A DNA stretch of 64,000 nt from the NCBI RefSeq assembly GCF_036321535.1, contig NC_087436.1, positions 21,826,001-21,890,000 of the forward strand, read 5' to 3'. Origin of the DNA: Camelus dromedarius (taxonomy: Eukaryota). The notes under the pieces are model-generated. The model did no database searches. It was not told the origin of the DNA and was given only the letters and a program-made list of their open reading frames with translations. Shown here piece after piece: positions 12,550 through 26,799 of the stretch (position 1 is the first letter of the stretch; the number at the start of each line of letters is the position of its first letter). Both the position numbers and the translations under genes were made by a program.

Positions 12550-13869
12550 TTCCCAAGCAAAGTCATTACTTTAATTACTTCAAAGAACACACATATTGAG
12601 CTGTTTCTCTGATACATTTTAGTTCTTTGTCATCTTTTTGGAATATATGGAAATATTTTCCCAAGATAATTAGTTTGCATAAGCAGACATTAAAAAAATA
12701 ACGTCTTTTTCTTTTTTTTACTTTCTTCTCATATTCCACATTCTTTAATTTTATCAGAGTAAAAAAATTTCACTGACTGAAAGGTTCCTAATTTCTTAAG
12801 TAGCTTTATCTGAAAATCTAAAAACTATGGTGACAGTTGCTATAGAAATGCTCAGGAACAGATCAAAACAATTAAAATAGTCTTTCAATTTACAAATGAA
12901 TACAAATCTCAAATCTATTAACTTCTTTATGGTATAATAAATGGTCTATTTAAAAATATTAAATATAATTGTTTCAGCAAACTGGATAGATTTTTTAAAA
13001 TATGCAATTAAATGGCTGTGTCTTAAAACAACCTGTTTCCCATATTGAAGAAAAATCTAATTGTGCAAATATTCTTATTCTCTAAAAAGAAGATATAGTC
13101 TTTGCATTTTAAAATGCTAACTTAGTCCATTCTTAAATATATCACTCACTTCTCACTCTCATTTTACTTCTAGATTTCTATTTCCTGTATTAAAATGTAG
13201 AATTACAAATTGCCTTGAACTTCTAACTCTAGTCTGAAAGATAAATGAAATTAATATAATTTCATTATCCTTCTATGTACAGACCTGTTCTGATTAATTT
13301 ATTAGCAGTGATATTGCTTTACTTTTCTTAGTACTTGACAATTTTCAAGTGCTGTCACATCTTTTATCTGACTTGATATTTTAGTAAATAAATAAGATAG
13401 ATATTAACCCTATCAAGAAAGATAAATTTGAGATGGAATAACTTGTTGGAGTACTTCTGGACTAGAAAAACACTGACTGTCTTTTGTTTCTCTGTCACAT
13501 TCTTACCCTCAACCATGTTTTTAATCCCTTTCTGTTTCTCAGTTACCAAAATGAATGTTGCCTTCATCTTGATAATTTATTTCAACAAAGGATCCCAACC
13601 TGGTCCAATGATTTTTTAATCCTTACTAAAAAGATGACTGCCAACATTTATTAAGTATTTTGGATTTATGAAATGGCTTTCAATTGTTATAACAGTTCTA
13701 TGTTGATACCAACCCATCTATTTTAGGATTGTAACTATTTATCCTACATTTCTATAGCCAGGAATTAAAATAAAAGTCTATATATCTGTATTTTTCTTTT
13801 ACTCTATCCTAGGGTTTGGAGCTGTAGGGTTACTCTAGGTGGTCCAATTAATAAACTCTAAGTTTTCTT

Positions 13870-14190
13870 TACTTCTTACTTCTGTAAGAGACCAGTGGGG
13901 TATTCATAATTGGTGGAAAGTGTTCCTCCATGAAGGTGTTCAGAGAACTCAGGATCTTTCTACCTTTTGATTCTGCCATCCCCTGGGGCCTCTTGGTTCT
14001 CTATATCTCTACATCAGATCCATCTGCTTCTTAGAAGCTTCAGGATGGAGATGACACACTCCCATCTTCTCATCTTCCTTTGGTGGGAGCTAGTCATGTG
14101 GACAAGGCTGAACTGTCTCTCTGATTGAGAAGTACCTCCCAGAATCCACACCATGCTTTCGGTGGACAGTTAGCCATCAATGCCATAGAA
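13870..14190. mobile_element. Old MaLR LTR (MLT1-type)
   Basis: CTCCATGAAGG..TTCAGAGAACTCAGG..TTCTGCCATCCCCTGGGG..AGCTAGTCATGTGG. Confidence 0.55.
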
Positions 14191-17039
14191 GGTTAAAACT
14201 ATGAATACTCCAAAGATAACACGTGTGATGGTATTTAATGATGAGGCAATAACAGGAGAGATTCAGGATTTTGCAGGGAAGTTTTTAAGAGCATGGCCAC
14301 ATGTATGCAAAGGATCAAGCTGTGTTCAACATCTCTCACTCTTCTGGTTGGTTATGTTTTGGAATCCAGTCTACCTCAACCTTCATCCGATCATCTAGAA
14401 GACCTGAGCGCACTTCATGGGCCCCGTTTACTAATGTCTTATCCCCAACAATGCATCTGCTAATAGCTTCAATTGGACTGTCTCCTGACTTGAGGGAAAG
14501 ACTTCCAGCATCTGTTACTTCAGATGGAAGTAACAGCCTCACTGTTTCCTAGTCAGCAGCTGGTGCCCTCTAGGTGAATGGGGCTGGAAGATTTGTATTT
14601 TAAATAACCGTCCTTGAATATCTGACAGAACATGAAAGAAAGATCTAGTTGTGTTTTTAAAGGATTTTTCAACTCTGAGAGAATTGGTAAATTAAGAAGC
14701 TTCCGTGGTTTAACTATGAGAAAAGATATAATACTGCAATTGGAAAAAAAACTCTCAAACATTACCTCGTATTGAGATTGTAGCCTACTTTTCAAATTCT
14801 ACCACATCTTGTCGATATCTGTTTTAAGGACTGAATGGCAGGAATCTGATTGAAATTCTTCATGATATAATTAAGGTCTTCCTTCTTGTGTTATTCTTCC
14901 ACAGAATAGGAACAATTGCTGGTTATGACATTCAGCCCATTGAACTTTATCATTGCACATGTGATCTTGTTCTCTTACGGATGAGGTAATTTAAGGATCT
15001 TTCCCAAGATTATAATTTAATTTTGTCCTGAATCTTTAGTGTTGAAGTATTGATTTCACCTGGATCTTCCATTTCAGAATTAATCAAATAAATATTCTTA
15101 CATTATATCACTGTCAATATTTAAGGAATAATATTAGCTTTTTAACTGATATTAAGTCTCCCTTTTGAAAACCAACAAAAATGCAGGAAGCTAGTAAATG
15201 TACAAGTGAAAAGAGCAAATAGATTAGAGGAGCAGAAAGCTCCCCATGCCCTTCATGTAGATTTTCAATGGAATAATGCATGTAAATGATAAAAACGAAA
15301 TTAAGTTTATAACCTACAGTATGTTGCCACAGATTCCAATTTTTATACTTGTATAGTTAAATGTACTGTTCATTAACTTGACAGAATCCTTTTGATTCTT
15401 AAGTTACTTAACCATAGCCCCATGCTAGTTAATTATGGAAAATGTAAAGCGAAGGTGTATTTTTTTAGAAATATAATTCATTCAGGTGCCTTCAAACACT
15501 TAACATTCAGGGTGCACAAAATTAGCTACACTTGTCAGAAAATTTTCCAGCCAGATACTAAAAATGACCATGGGGAGGATCCTCTCGCCATGAGTTGGGC
15601 CAGTTTTGAAAGAATGTGGTTCACTGCAACCATGGTGTGCTCCATAACAAAATGATAATTCACCGAGGACACAAAATGTTAATCTACTGTTTGCTGCAAA
15701 TGAAAGTTTAAAAAATAAAATGACAAGAGCTGTTCAACTGTGGAGATAATGGAGCTCACCTACTGAGCTAAACCACCAGGCGAGATGATTTTCATAAGTA
15801 TCATTTTAACCAGGAAAATTGATACCATACAGCAATGATAAAAGGATTCACAGGAGGGTTTTTCTTTGTTGATGTTTTTGTTTTTGTTGTTATTGTTTTT
15901 TTAAGAGTTCTGAAACCATGCATGCTGAAATGCAATGGATTAGAAGACAGAAAACCCAAATTCTAGACCAAATTTGGTAATTTCTCATCCTGCATGTAGT
16001 TCCTCTGAGAATTGGAGGATGAGATGGATCTGAAAGTGCCTGATGCAGGTACTAGATTCAGGAATCCTTTCAGTTGCATGTTCTCTCTCTCTCTTTCTTT
16101 TTTGGAAGCTGTAAAGGATGGTATCTCGTGGCAGTGGCACTGAGATTGATCTGCTGTTGATTGTACTTACTTGGATATTTGTGTCACTTTGGGCTTTGGA
16201 ACATTATTTGAGAACCGAGTCTCCTTACTCACTATTTTATCCACCTCATTGCTGACCACTGTTCTCTCAAAATGTTCTCAAAAAATGTATTGACTTTAAC
16301 TGAGTAATTGGGTTTCACATGCGAATGAAATTGTAGCCCTGATTTTTTCTCCTTTGAATATTAGATAGGAGACACTATTCAGGGAAGGAGGGAAGTCTGG
16401 CTTTGAAAACAAGAACTTTAGAAAATCCAAAAATATGTGGAAAAGGAAACAAGAAAGATTTAATCAAGCAAGCCCTTCACCATTCCCTTGAAATGACACA
16501 ATTCTACCAGAGTTTTGAGCCTGTGAATCTCCTTAAGACTGACTCATTACCATTGTATTTTCAGGGAACTGTGTAGAACAGAGGTAAGAGAACATTGCCC
16601 TTTATGGTCTCAGTTTACTAACTCATTTTATGTATTTTGCTGCTAGTTTGAGCCAATTTAGTTTTTTTGAGCCAGTAAATTGACCCAAATTTATTGTTTC
16701 ATACTCTTGAGTAAAGGTGAATTACAGTTTTAGTACTGCATTAGGCAAATTAACCAAGAAAACACCTTTTTTTTGGTAGAGGAAATGGTACTGAGAATTA
16801 GTGAGTTCTTTTATAAGAAATTGAATTTACCTTGTGTCAAATTTTGAGGCATTTGGAAGTTCAGAGTAGAACCTAAGTGCGATAAAAGAGAGAGAAAGAG
16901 TGAGAGAGAGAATTTGCATGCACAGAATCAATAAGCAGATGTTTATTTAGAACTTACTAATCAATAAATCACTTGCTACAAATGTTGGAAAACAATAGAA
17001 CAATGAAGGACAAGAGGAAGGTGCCATTTATCCTCATCT

Positions 17040-17240
17040 GCTATGGGCAAGAAGCTTATTTGCTATCTTATTTAATTCTCACACCCATCTAGTGTGGAGG
17101 GTATTATCCCTGCCGCATCATTTATGAGGAAATTGGGGCTTGGTGAAGTAACTTGCTTAAGGTGACTATGGTGACAAGGGAGCAAGGATTAGAATTCACA
17201 TCTATTCTCTTTGTCATCCATGCTCCTTCAGCTACACTGT
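17040..17240. mobile_element. MIR SINE
   Basis: ATTTAATTCTCAC...ATGAGGAAATTGGGGCT...AAGTAACTTGCTTAAGGT. Confidence 0.7.
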
Positions 17241-18039
17241 GCTCCCTCCATAGCTACAGAAAAGTCTTTCAGGATTTACTGAAATCACGCAGGGCTGTCA
17301 GCAGCACTTCGTTTGAACTGCGCGCACCAGAAGCCATAAAAGAGATCGACCATCTCTAAGGACAGCTTCTGTTTCTCCACACACAACTGGCAGGATTAAG
17401 CAAAACTGTGATGCAGATGAACATTTTCTTTTTTCCCAAGTTATCTTCATTGACCTTTCTACTTCTTTTCTTGGCATCTCTTCCTTCAGGTCTGTCTGTC
17501 TTCTCTGTACCAAAAAAACAGGGAAGGGTTGGTGCCTGGCATTATATGTATAGGGTTTTAGTTCCTGTGCTTACTGCATTTTGCTTTTCAGATATTTTTA
17601 TTTTTTCAAATGATACATGTACATAAAGTGTGCTCTAAAATACAACAGAAACCCAGCATATCCCTGTTCCATCTCTCCTGGTTCCTAAATCCCACTTTCC
17701 TAAAACAGATACCTTCAACTGTTTAAACCATTTCTTTTGGTATTTCCTCCCCTCCCCACTAAATAGCAGGTCTAAACAGCTGTATCTTTATTTATGCATT
17801 TAATTTTACACAATATCTATAAATTTCTCTCTATGAAATTTGAGGATTTAGTTCTCAAATTTTCACCTGCTCATATCCTTCTTCCTTTCTACCAGTAAAG
17901 TGATGATTTCACTCTTTGGTGAAATCCTGTACTGTGTTTAGTTGTGCATGTTGCTCACCGTTGAGCCGCTTACTGTTATTACAATTTCATTCCTTTTCTT
18001 CTAACGCTTTTTATTTTCCTTGGCATTATTGTTTGCAGT

Positions 18040-18460
18040 GTTAATTAGGACAGGTTCCACCGCTGAAAAAAAAGAGCAGTGTGTCAGTGGCTTGAAAGAT
18101 GGAGTTTATTTCCGTTTTATGCCCCATTCTGAGCAAGGAGTCCAGAGGCAGAGACCCAGACTCCTCCTGTACACTTTCACCAGCCTCAACACCTGGCTTC
18201 CGTTTCTGCTTCGTGGTCTAAAAACGCTTCTCTAACTTGACCGTCGTGTCTACTTTCCTAAAAGTGAGAATTAGAGAAGAGGGTGTGTGGAGCACACAAA
18301 TTGAAACATCACATCGCATTGGCCAAAAGTTAGGCTCACGGCCACACGTAACTTCTGTGAGCAGGATGAGAAATATATGTCTTGGTACGAGGACAGCTAC
18401 ATATCTAGGTAAATCTGGGGGTTTTATACCGACGGAAGAAGGAAGAAAGCAACTGACTCG
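18040..18460. mobile_element. Old MaLR LTR (MLT1K/L-like)
   Basis: CAGTGGCTTGAAAGAT...CAGAGACCCAGACTCC...ATTGGCCAAAAGTTAG..CACGGCCAC. Confidence 0.55.
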
Positions 18461-18812
18461 TCCTCTTCCTTGATTCCCACTCTGTTTTGCTGACTTCTGC
18501 CTCTACTACTGCACAGAATTATCCATTCTAAGATCACCTCTACATCCTCATTGCCAAATCCTGTGACCTCTTTTCAGTCAATAGGGCATTTCCTTCACTG
18601 AAATTTTGTCCAATTCTATTGACTATAATTTTACTGAAACTCTCCATTTGAGTTTATAAATGTCCTTCCCTTTTTTTTGTATTGTTGTAATTGTGAGAAG
18701 CAAAATTTAGAATTAATGAATGGATTTAATGTCTACTGTCTCCTATATATTTTTATTTGTTGATGACTAACAACATAAAATGTCAGCAAAGTTTTAAATA
18801 CTACATCTTGAC

Positions 18813-18918
18813 TTTTTTTTTTTTTGATTGAAGTACCATCAATTACAATGTTTCAGTCCCTGGTTCACAGCACAGTGTCCCAGTCATGCACATACATACA
18901 CACATTCGTTTTCATATG
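18813..18918 (-). mobile_element. Very short L1 3'-end insertion
   Basis: T13 followed by GATTGAAGTA...TACAATGT...CTGGTTCACAGCA, homologous to 37285-37380 and 59840-59930; flanked by CATCTTG at 18804 and 18919. Confidence 0.75.
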
Positions 18919-19629
18919 CATCTTGGTTTTCAGTAATTGTATTATACAATCATCTATAACAGATCTTGCATATATATTTTTCCCACAGAATAAATTAATA
19001 TTATAAAGCTAAGGTTTTGTTTGGTCTTCAAATACAGCCATAAAATAAATAAAAAGTTTCCCTGGAGTTGAATTACCTGTCATTTTATGTTGTTGAAGTT
19101 AACTAAAGCTAGTTACAGTAATATTCTTTTAAGCACTGAAGTTGGGCAAAAAAACCCCCTCTGTCTTAAGTTTTAATAATCTAAACAGAAATCATAATCC
19201 TGTGATATGATTTCATATCTAATTGGCCCATAATTTTAAACACTTCGAAGAGAAAGAATATCACCTGCTGATTCTTTGAGACTCTAATTAGAAAATATTA
19301 TTGTAATATTCATGACAAGTAGAAGCAGATATTCTCATGTGGGGAATTGGTATAGATTCCTGCTGTTGTCTTGATTTTCTTGATCATGTTCTGTTCACAT
19401 GTGATTCAGAATGAAAAAAAAAAGTCACTCAGCAGCACGCATCCTGTTTAGTAATTTGTTGCTCTCTGTCTTAACTTGAAATTTTATGGAATCCTTACCT
19501 AAACCTCCACACAATTGAGTGTTAAGTATTTTCACGGTAAGCCTTGCAGGCGAATAAGGCTGAGCTTATTATATTCCAAACAACGAAGTGAGATGAGAAT
19601 TGAATGAGGATAGTTGTTACAATAGATTT

Positions 19630-21150
19630 TATCTTTTTTAAAAATTTGAGATATAGAAAAAATGTGGAAAATTGCACACACACACACACACAACACACTC
19701 CTTAATGATTTATCAAAGTGAACACCCCTGTAACCATTGTGAGGTCAAGGGTAAGATATCGCCACCCCTTCTGTGCCTCCATTGACTTGTCCACCCCTTA
19801 AATAGAATCATTAGGGTTACTTTGATTTACTCATTTTCTTGTTTTTCTTCATGGTTTTACCATCAAAGTATGTATCCTGACTAATCATGTTGTATACCCT
19901 CTCCTATTTTTGGACTTTATTTATTATATAAATATTGTAAAGCACACAGCATTCTTTCCTATCTTCTTTTGCTTGTTTCTGATATTCATCAGAGTATTGA
20001 GAAGCTGTAGCTTTAAAAACTTTGGGTATATTTTATTGTACAAATATACCACATTTTAGCTATTTAGTCTGTTGTTGATAGATATTTGATTTGTTTCTGG
20101 TTGGGAAAATTTTAGATAATATTGCTGGAAATATTCTTGCACATGTCTCTTAGGGCACGTGTGCATATATTTCTGATGGAAACATACCTAGGAATGCAAT
20201 TTTTGCATCTCAGGTTATGTCTATCCATAATATTAACAGATATCATCAAAGAGGTTTTCCAAGTGATACCAATTTATATTCCCATCAGCAATAAAAGAGA
20301 GCTCTCTCTGCTTCACGTCCTCACCAATATAGGTGGTTGGGATTCTTTTCAATTTTAGCCATTTGACTGGGTGTGTGGCGGTATCTCATTGTGGCTTTAA
20401 TTAGCATTTCCCTAATGAGCTTGAGCACTTTTTCATATCATTATTAACAATTTGGCTATCTTCTTTCTGCAAATGCTATTTAAAGGCTCTATTGTGTTGA
20501 ATGTTTTTTTTTTTCAATTGTAGGAGTTCTTGATAGTCTGCTTCAAAAAATCTCCTCCAGCTTTCTAGATTGCCTCTTTACTCTCTTAATGTGAATGTTG
20601 ATGAACAGAAGTTCTTAACTTTGATGTAGTCTAATTTATCCCTCATTTATTTTATGTTTAGTGCTGTTTAAATTCGTTTAAGAAATGTTTCCCTCTGCTG
20701 AGTTGTTGATGTTATATTACAATATACTATGTTTTTGAACCTTTGCTATTTTAGCTTCCATATTTAGACCATTTTTTAAATGTAGATATCTAATTGTCCT
20801 AGCACAAGTTATTGAAAAGTTATCTTTATCCCACAGCTCTGCAGTATCAACTTTCTAGTAATTCAACTATTCATGTATTAATAATTCTATGTCTAGGCTC
20901 TCTGTTTCATTCCATTTATCTATTATTTCACCCTTGTACCAATGCTGGCTAATCTTAATTACTGTAGCTTTATAATACATTTTGATTTGCAGTAGAGAAG
21001 ACCTTCCACCTTGTCATTCTTCTAAAAGAGTGTCTTGGTTCTTCCTTTGACATTTTCAAATTAACTTGTTAGGTACAGCTAGAAAAACTGTTAGTATTTT
21101 ATTAGAATTTCATTGAATTTGCATTTTTATTAAAACTGCATTGAATTCAT
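19630..21150 (-). mobile_element. Old L1 (L1ME-like) 3' portion
   Basis: Antisense L1 ORF2/3'UTR phrases such as GTATCTCATTGTGGCTTTAATTAGCATTTCCCTAATG and GATGAACAGAAGTTCTTAA. Confidence 0.8.
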
Positions 21151-21159
21151 AGAACTGCA

Positions 21160-21751
21160 ATGTATGTTCTTTCCTGGTTTGCCTATGACTGTCCTGGTTT
21201 ACACCTATGTTCCTAGTATCCTGTCTAATTTAGTATTTTTCTGAGGTTTTTTTAATCTTTCAATTTTTATTATTATCATTATTATTATTAAATTACAATA
21301 AGCAGGGCAAGTTTTGCTAGACCTCTACTTTATAATTTCAGTTCCTGCATGGTCTCAGCTAGAAGTGGATGAAACATGTGTACAGCGATAAGAATTCTCA
21401 CTTTTATTTGTGGTTACATCTGGAAATAGCCAGCAGTGATCCACCTCTCTTTTTTCAGCTAATTCCTACCACAGTGCTATTAACATCACCCATTCAAAGA
21501 CAGCAAGCATAACACTCACTGGTAGAATGAGGTGCACTCAAACATGAAGAGCTAGAGATAGCTAGCTCATTCTGATCCAGCATGGTGGTGGGAAAACTAT
21601 ACTATCTGATGTTTTTGTCTGTCTGTCACCGGCTGTGCCTATGGTATATTTGATAAATTATATCTTATAAAAATATTTGTCAAAAAACAGTGCTTTGAGA
21701 AGAGGCAGAGTTAATACCTGTGAAAATATTCCGGAGGAAGCATTTTAACAT
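21160..21751. mobile_element. hAT-Blackjack-like DNA transposon fragment
   Basis: TCCTGGTTTGCCTATGACTGTCCTGGTTT resembles a MER81/Blackjack terminus; similar motif at 41333-41380. Confidence 0.5.
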
Positions 21752-23793
21752 AGACAACTATATACACACAAATTTGACAACCTAGATTAAATGGACCAAT
21801 TCCTTGTAAGACACAATGTGACAAAACTCACTCAAGAAAAAGTAGAAAATCTAAATTGGCCTCTATATATTCAAGAAATTCAATTAATAATTAATACCCT
21901 TTAAAAACAGAAAGCACCAGGTCCAAATGGGTTCAGACATTTAAGGAAGAAATCACACGAATTCTCTGCAGTCTCTTCCAGAAGGTAGAAGGGGAGAGTC
22001 TATGTCCCACTTCATTCTATGAGATCAGAATTACTCGAATGCAAAACAGACAAAGACATTACAAAAAAGAGAAAACTACAGACCAATATTTCTCATGAAT
22101 GGGATGCAAAATCCTTAACAAAAGATTGGTAAATCAAATCTAATAATGTACACAAAGAAACTATACATCATGACCAAGCAAATTTACCCCAGATATGCAA
22201 GGCTGGTTCCACATTAAAAAATCAATTAATGTAATCCATCATATCAACAAGTTATGAAAAATTTTATGATCATATCAATAGATGTAGAACAATCATTTGA
22301 CAAAATGCAACTTCCAGCATGATGAAAACTCTTAGCAAATTTGAAATAGAGGGGAACTTCCTCAACTTGATAAAAAGCATCTATTAAACCCTATAGCTAA
22401 AATTATACTTGATGGTGAGAAACTAGAAGCTTTCTGATTGGGACCATAACAAAGATGTTTGTTCTCATCTATGCTTTTCAGCATCATACTGGACATCCTA
22501 GCTAACGCAATCAGATAAGAAGAGGAAATAAAAGGTAGACAGATTGGGAAGGAAGAAATAAAGCTGTCTTTCTACTGATGACATAATTATCTATGTGGAA
22601 GAACCTAAAGAATCAGAAAAAACACTCTAGAACTCTTAAGCAATTATGGCAAGGTGGCAGGATACATGGTTAATACACAATCACTTCCCTATAAATCAGC
22701 AATGAACATGAGTAATTTGAAATTAAAAACACATTAATATTATATTAACAATCAAAACAACTAAATACTAGATATAAATCTCACAAAATATATACAAGAT
22801 TTTTATGTGGATTAACTATAAAACTTCAATTAATTAGATAAACAAAAAACTAAATATTTGGAGAGATATTCCATGTTAGTGGATAGGAAGACTCAATATT
22901 GTCAAGTAGTCAGATTCTCTCAACTTGACCTATAGATTCAAGGCAATTCCAGCAAAACTCCCAGTGAGTTGCTTTGTGGAAAAACTGATTCTAAAATTTG
23001 TATGGAGATGCCAAAGATCCAGAATTACCAACTCAGTATTGAAGGAGAAGAACAAATAGAAAGCTGACATTACCTTACTTCAAGACTTAACAGAAAGCTA
23101 CAGTAATCAAGACATTGTAGTATTGGTCAAAAAAAAGACAAATAGATCAATGAAAGACAAGGGAGATCAGAAATAGATCCCCCATAAATACAGTGGACTG
23201 ATCTTTGACAAAAGAGCAAAGGCATACAATGGAGCAATGATGGTCTCTTCAACAAATGGTTTTGGAACAACTGGGCATTCACATGCAAAAAAAAAAGAAA
23301 AAAAGAATCTAGATACAGATCTTATAGCCTTCACAAAAATTAATTCAAAATGGATCATAGACTTAAATGTAAAACACAAAATTGTAAAATTCCTAGGATA
23401 TAACACAGGGGAAAACTTAGATGGTATGGTGATACAACACCAAAGACTTGATCCATGAAAGAAATAACTGATAAGCTGGACTTCATTAAAATTACAGTTG
23501 TCTTTTCTATGAAAGACACTTTTAGCAAAATGAGAAAGCAATCCACATACTGGGAGAAAATATTTGCAAAATACACATCTAGTAAAGGAATGATACTGAA
23601 AATATACAAGGAACTCTTAAAACTCAACAATGAGAAAACAAACAACATGTTTACAAAATAGGATCTGAACAGACACCTCACCAGAAAAGATATACACATG
23701 GCAAATAAACATATGAAAAGATGCTCCACACTATATGTCATCAGGGAAATGCAAACTAAAGCAATAATGAGATAATACTATACACCTATTAGA
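21752..23793 (+). mobile_element. L1 ORF2 internal fragment (reverse transcriptase region), no 3'UTR or poly(A)
   Basis: Decayed RT motifs MIISIDVEQSFDKMQ (about 22267) and ..DDIIIYVE (about 22576); ORF-track peptides FTKINSKWIIDLNVK and WEKIFAKYTSSKG. Confidence 0.9.
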
Positions 23794-23889
23794 CATTTCA
23801 ACATTTTTAACAACAAAATGAAATTGTAAGAATAATTGCAGGTAATTTTTTGAAAATTTTAAAATAATAAGGCCACATTAAAAAAACAT

Positions 23890-25200
23890 TTTTTTCTTTA
23901 ATGCCCCAATAATATTTTATAGATTTCTCTATAGAGATTTTGCACATTATTTGTTAGATTTTTTTCTAGGTATTTGATTTTTGTTCCATTTTTATGTGTA
24001 TATTATCTTTTAAAAATTTATTTTTGTTTATTTTTGACATACATATAAATGCAATTACTTTTGTAGATTTTGTAGTTTTGCAAAACTTACTATTAATTCA
24101 AATAATACATTATAGAATCTTATGAATGGTCTAAGAGCACAACTATGTCTTTAGTAAATAATGATATTTTAATTTTTTCTTTCCATTTCTTATACATTGC
24201 ACTGGGGAGAACTTTCCATACAACACTGAGTTAAAGTGGTGATAGTGAGCATTCTTTTTAACACTTTCATTCTCAAATAGAAAACTTTTCAACATTTCAC
24301 CATTAAGGATGATTTTTTACAGAATTTTTCAGAGATCTCCTTTAGGAGATTAAGGAAGGTTTCTAAGAAATTTTAATGGTGAATTAATGGTAAATGTTGT
24401 AAAATTGTTTTACATAGATTGAGATAGTCATATGATTTTTATCCTATATATTCTGTTAATGTGATGAATTACAAAGCTTTATTTTTACGTGTTAAACTGA
24501 CCTTGCATTCCTGGGTTAAACTTGGTTGTGTTGTATTATAATTTCCGTATGTTGCTAGATTTGATTTTTCCATATTTTATTTAGAATTTTTGCACCATGT
24601 TCATGAATGAGGTTAAACTATAATTTTTTTTTCTCAAAATGCCGTTATCTGGTTTTCATTTCAAGGATATATAGGATTTGAAAAATGAATTGGGAAGTTT
24701 TTCTTCTTTTTCTACTCTCTGAGACAGTTCGAAAGAGAGGGATATTATGTCTTTATTACGTGTTTCATAGAATAGGCAGTGAAACAATCTAAATTTGGAG
24801 TCTTTATTATGGATTTTATTTTTCTAATAGTGATAGTATTATACATATGCTAGTTTTGGTAACTTTTACTTTTTAAGTAATTTGTATTTTTCTTAGGTAG
24901 TTGAATTTATTTGTGTAAAAATGTTTCTAGTATTCCCTTTTTATCTTTTCATGTCCACAGGTTCTTTAGTTATGCTCCTTGTTCAGTTTATCTATTTTAT
25001 TGTATCTCATTTTACTATTCTCTCCAGATTTTTATCAATTTTGGATCATTTTATCTTTTTGATCCTTCTAATGTGTATTTGTTTTCTCTTTTATAATTTC
25101 AGCTCTTTATTATTTTCTTCCTTTTATTTTTTAGATTTTATTTTAGTCTCCTTTTCAAACTTCTTAACGGACAATTTTAGTTACCATATTTACTGTTTCT
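23890..25200 (-). mobile_element. Old L1 ORF2 (antisense), probable continuation of 19630-21150
   Basis: Antisense ORF2 phrases AGTGGTGATAGTGAGCATTC, CCTTGCATTCCTGGG, TGTTCATGAATGAG. Confidence 0.7.
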
Positions 25201-26799
25201 AGAATTTTAATGTTATTCTTTATAGCCTCCACTTCTCTGCCAAAATGTCCAAACTATCTTTCTTTTCTCTCTGAAGATTTGAGCTTAGTTTCTTTAAAGT
25301 CTATTCTGATATTGGGAGGCTGTATTATTCTGTTTCTGTTTTTATTGTATCTGGAGGATTCTATCCCTATTGATCTGTTACCTTGTACCCTTATTTTGGA
25401 TTATGTTATGAAATGGTATTTTTAAATTGGAGAAACAATTTGAGTTGTAGCATGACGGTATTTTCCTCCAGAGAGAAGTTATGTTAGCTACTCCCAGGCA
25501 CTTGGTGGCACTGGTGATGCAGGAGTGTCTCACTTCAACTCCAGTCCTTGTGATGACTGGAAGCCAAGCGGTAATTCCGGTGAGGGACTGTTCACTTCTG
25601 GTTCACTGTTACTTCTAACATTAAGCCTTTTCATGTCTCAACCCAAAGAGATGAGTTTACCTATCTCCCCAACTTAGTAGGGCTTGGACTCCAATCTCAT
25701 TCTTCCCGGTGCTGATGGGCTATATAAACTGATTCTTAACTGACCCTTCAGCTTCCTTGAAAAAGTGGCCCAAAGTCAGGCTTATCTTCCTGGGCCTCTG
25801 TCCTCTTCTGTATCTTTGCCTTGCAATTTTTTACTCTCTTGTTAGCTCAACAGAGTCTTCAAATATATCTTTTTTTTTATAGCACTTTATTCAGCTTTTC
25901 CAGTTGCCCTTAGTCACAGTATTAATTTATACTAAGAAGTCTGTGATGAACAGAAATAGAAGCCTTACTAGTGTTTATTTAGTTTACTTTTGTTAAAAAA
26001 CTGAACACTGCCCCACCTCCAAAAAGCATAAAATATCACTAATATTTTTAAAAATTAAAAATGGAAGATAATCTATAATTTTTAAAGCATTTAATTTGGT
26101 AAAAAAAAAAGTAAAAAATTCAAAATAAAACACCAAATTATTGATTTGGTCCTAACAGAAATACAATTTTAATTATCTTGGATATAAAAGTATTGGCTTA
26201 TTTAACCAAATTATTGAAAAAGTCTATGACAAGCTTGCCCTTGGTAGTGACTACGTGTAAAAAGCAAAACACTGTGAGGATGACACCTCCCTTGGTTCTT
26301 GTGCCTCTTCTGCTCTTTAGGTGTTCATCTGCCCTACTGGCAGACAGGCTTGGTCATTGTGGCAGGGAATACAACTCGTGATAATGTTGAGTTTACGTTT
26401 TTAAATCTGACTACCAATACAGGGAAGGAGGCTCTTCCTGTCCACTTCTCCTCTTTCCCATCAATTTCTGATAAGAAGAATTCTAGGAAATGCCTAGCTT
26501 TGGTCGTATGCCTGTCTTTGGATCATCACTGTGGTCCATTTCTACAGCTTGGCTTAGATGCTTCATCCATTCTGGACCCATCACTATGGTCAGTTTCCCT
26601 AGAAGATGTTACTCTTATTGGCTACAGTGGATGCCAGCCATGGATTGGGGTCTCTGTGAGGGAGGAAAAGAATGGGAAAGAAGAACAGTTTGATCCAGGA
26701 AAACAATTACCCCTTTGTTATGGAACATAAAACCTTTTATAAGTAAGTCCCATCCTGCTTCCAAAATTACATTTTACTCTTGCTTCTTCTATACCTTTA

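Noticed and set aside
23167..23741. Cluster of 68-128 aa ORFs on both strands
   Set aside because: Sense and antisense frames of decayed L1 ORF2, not genes
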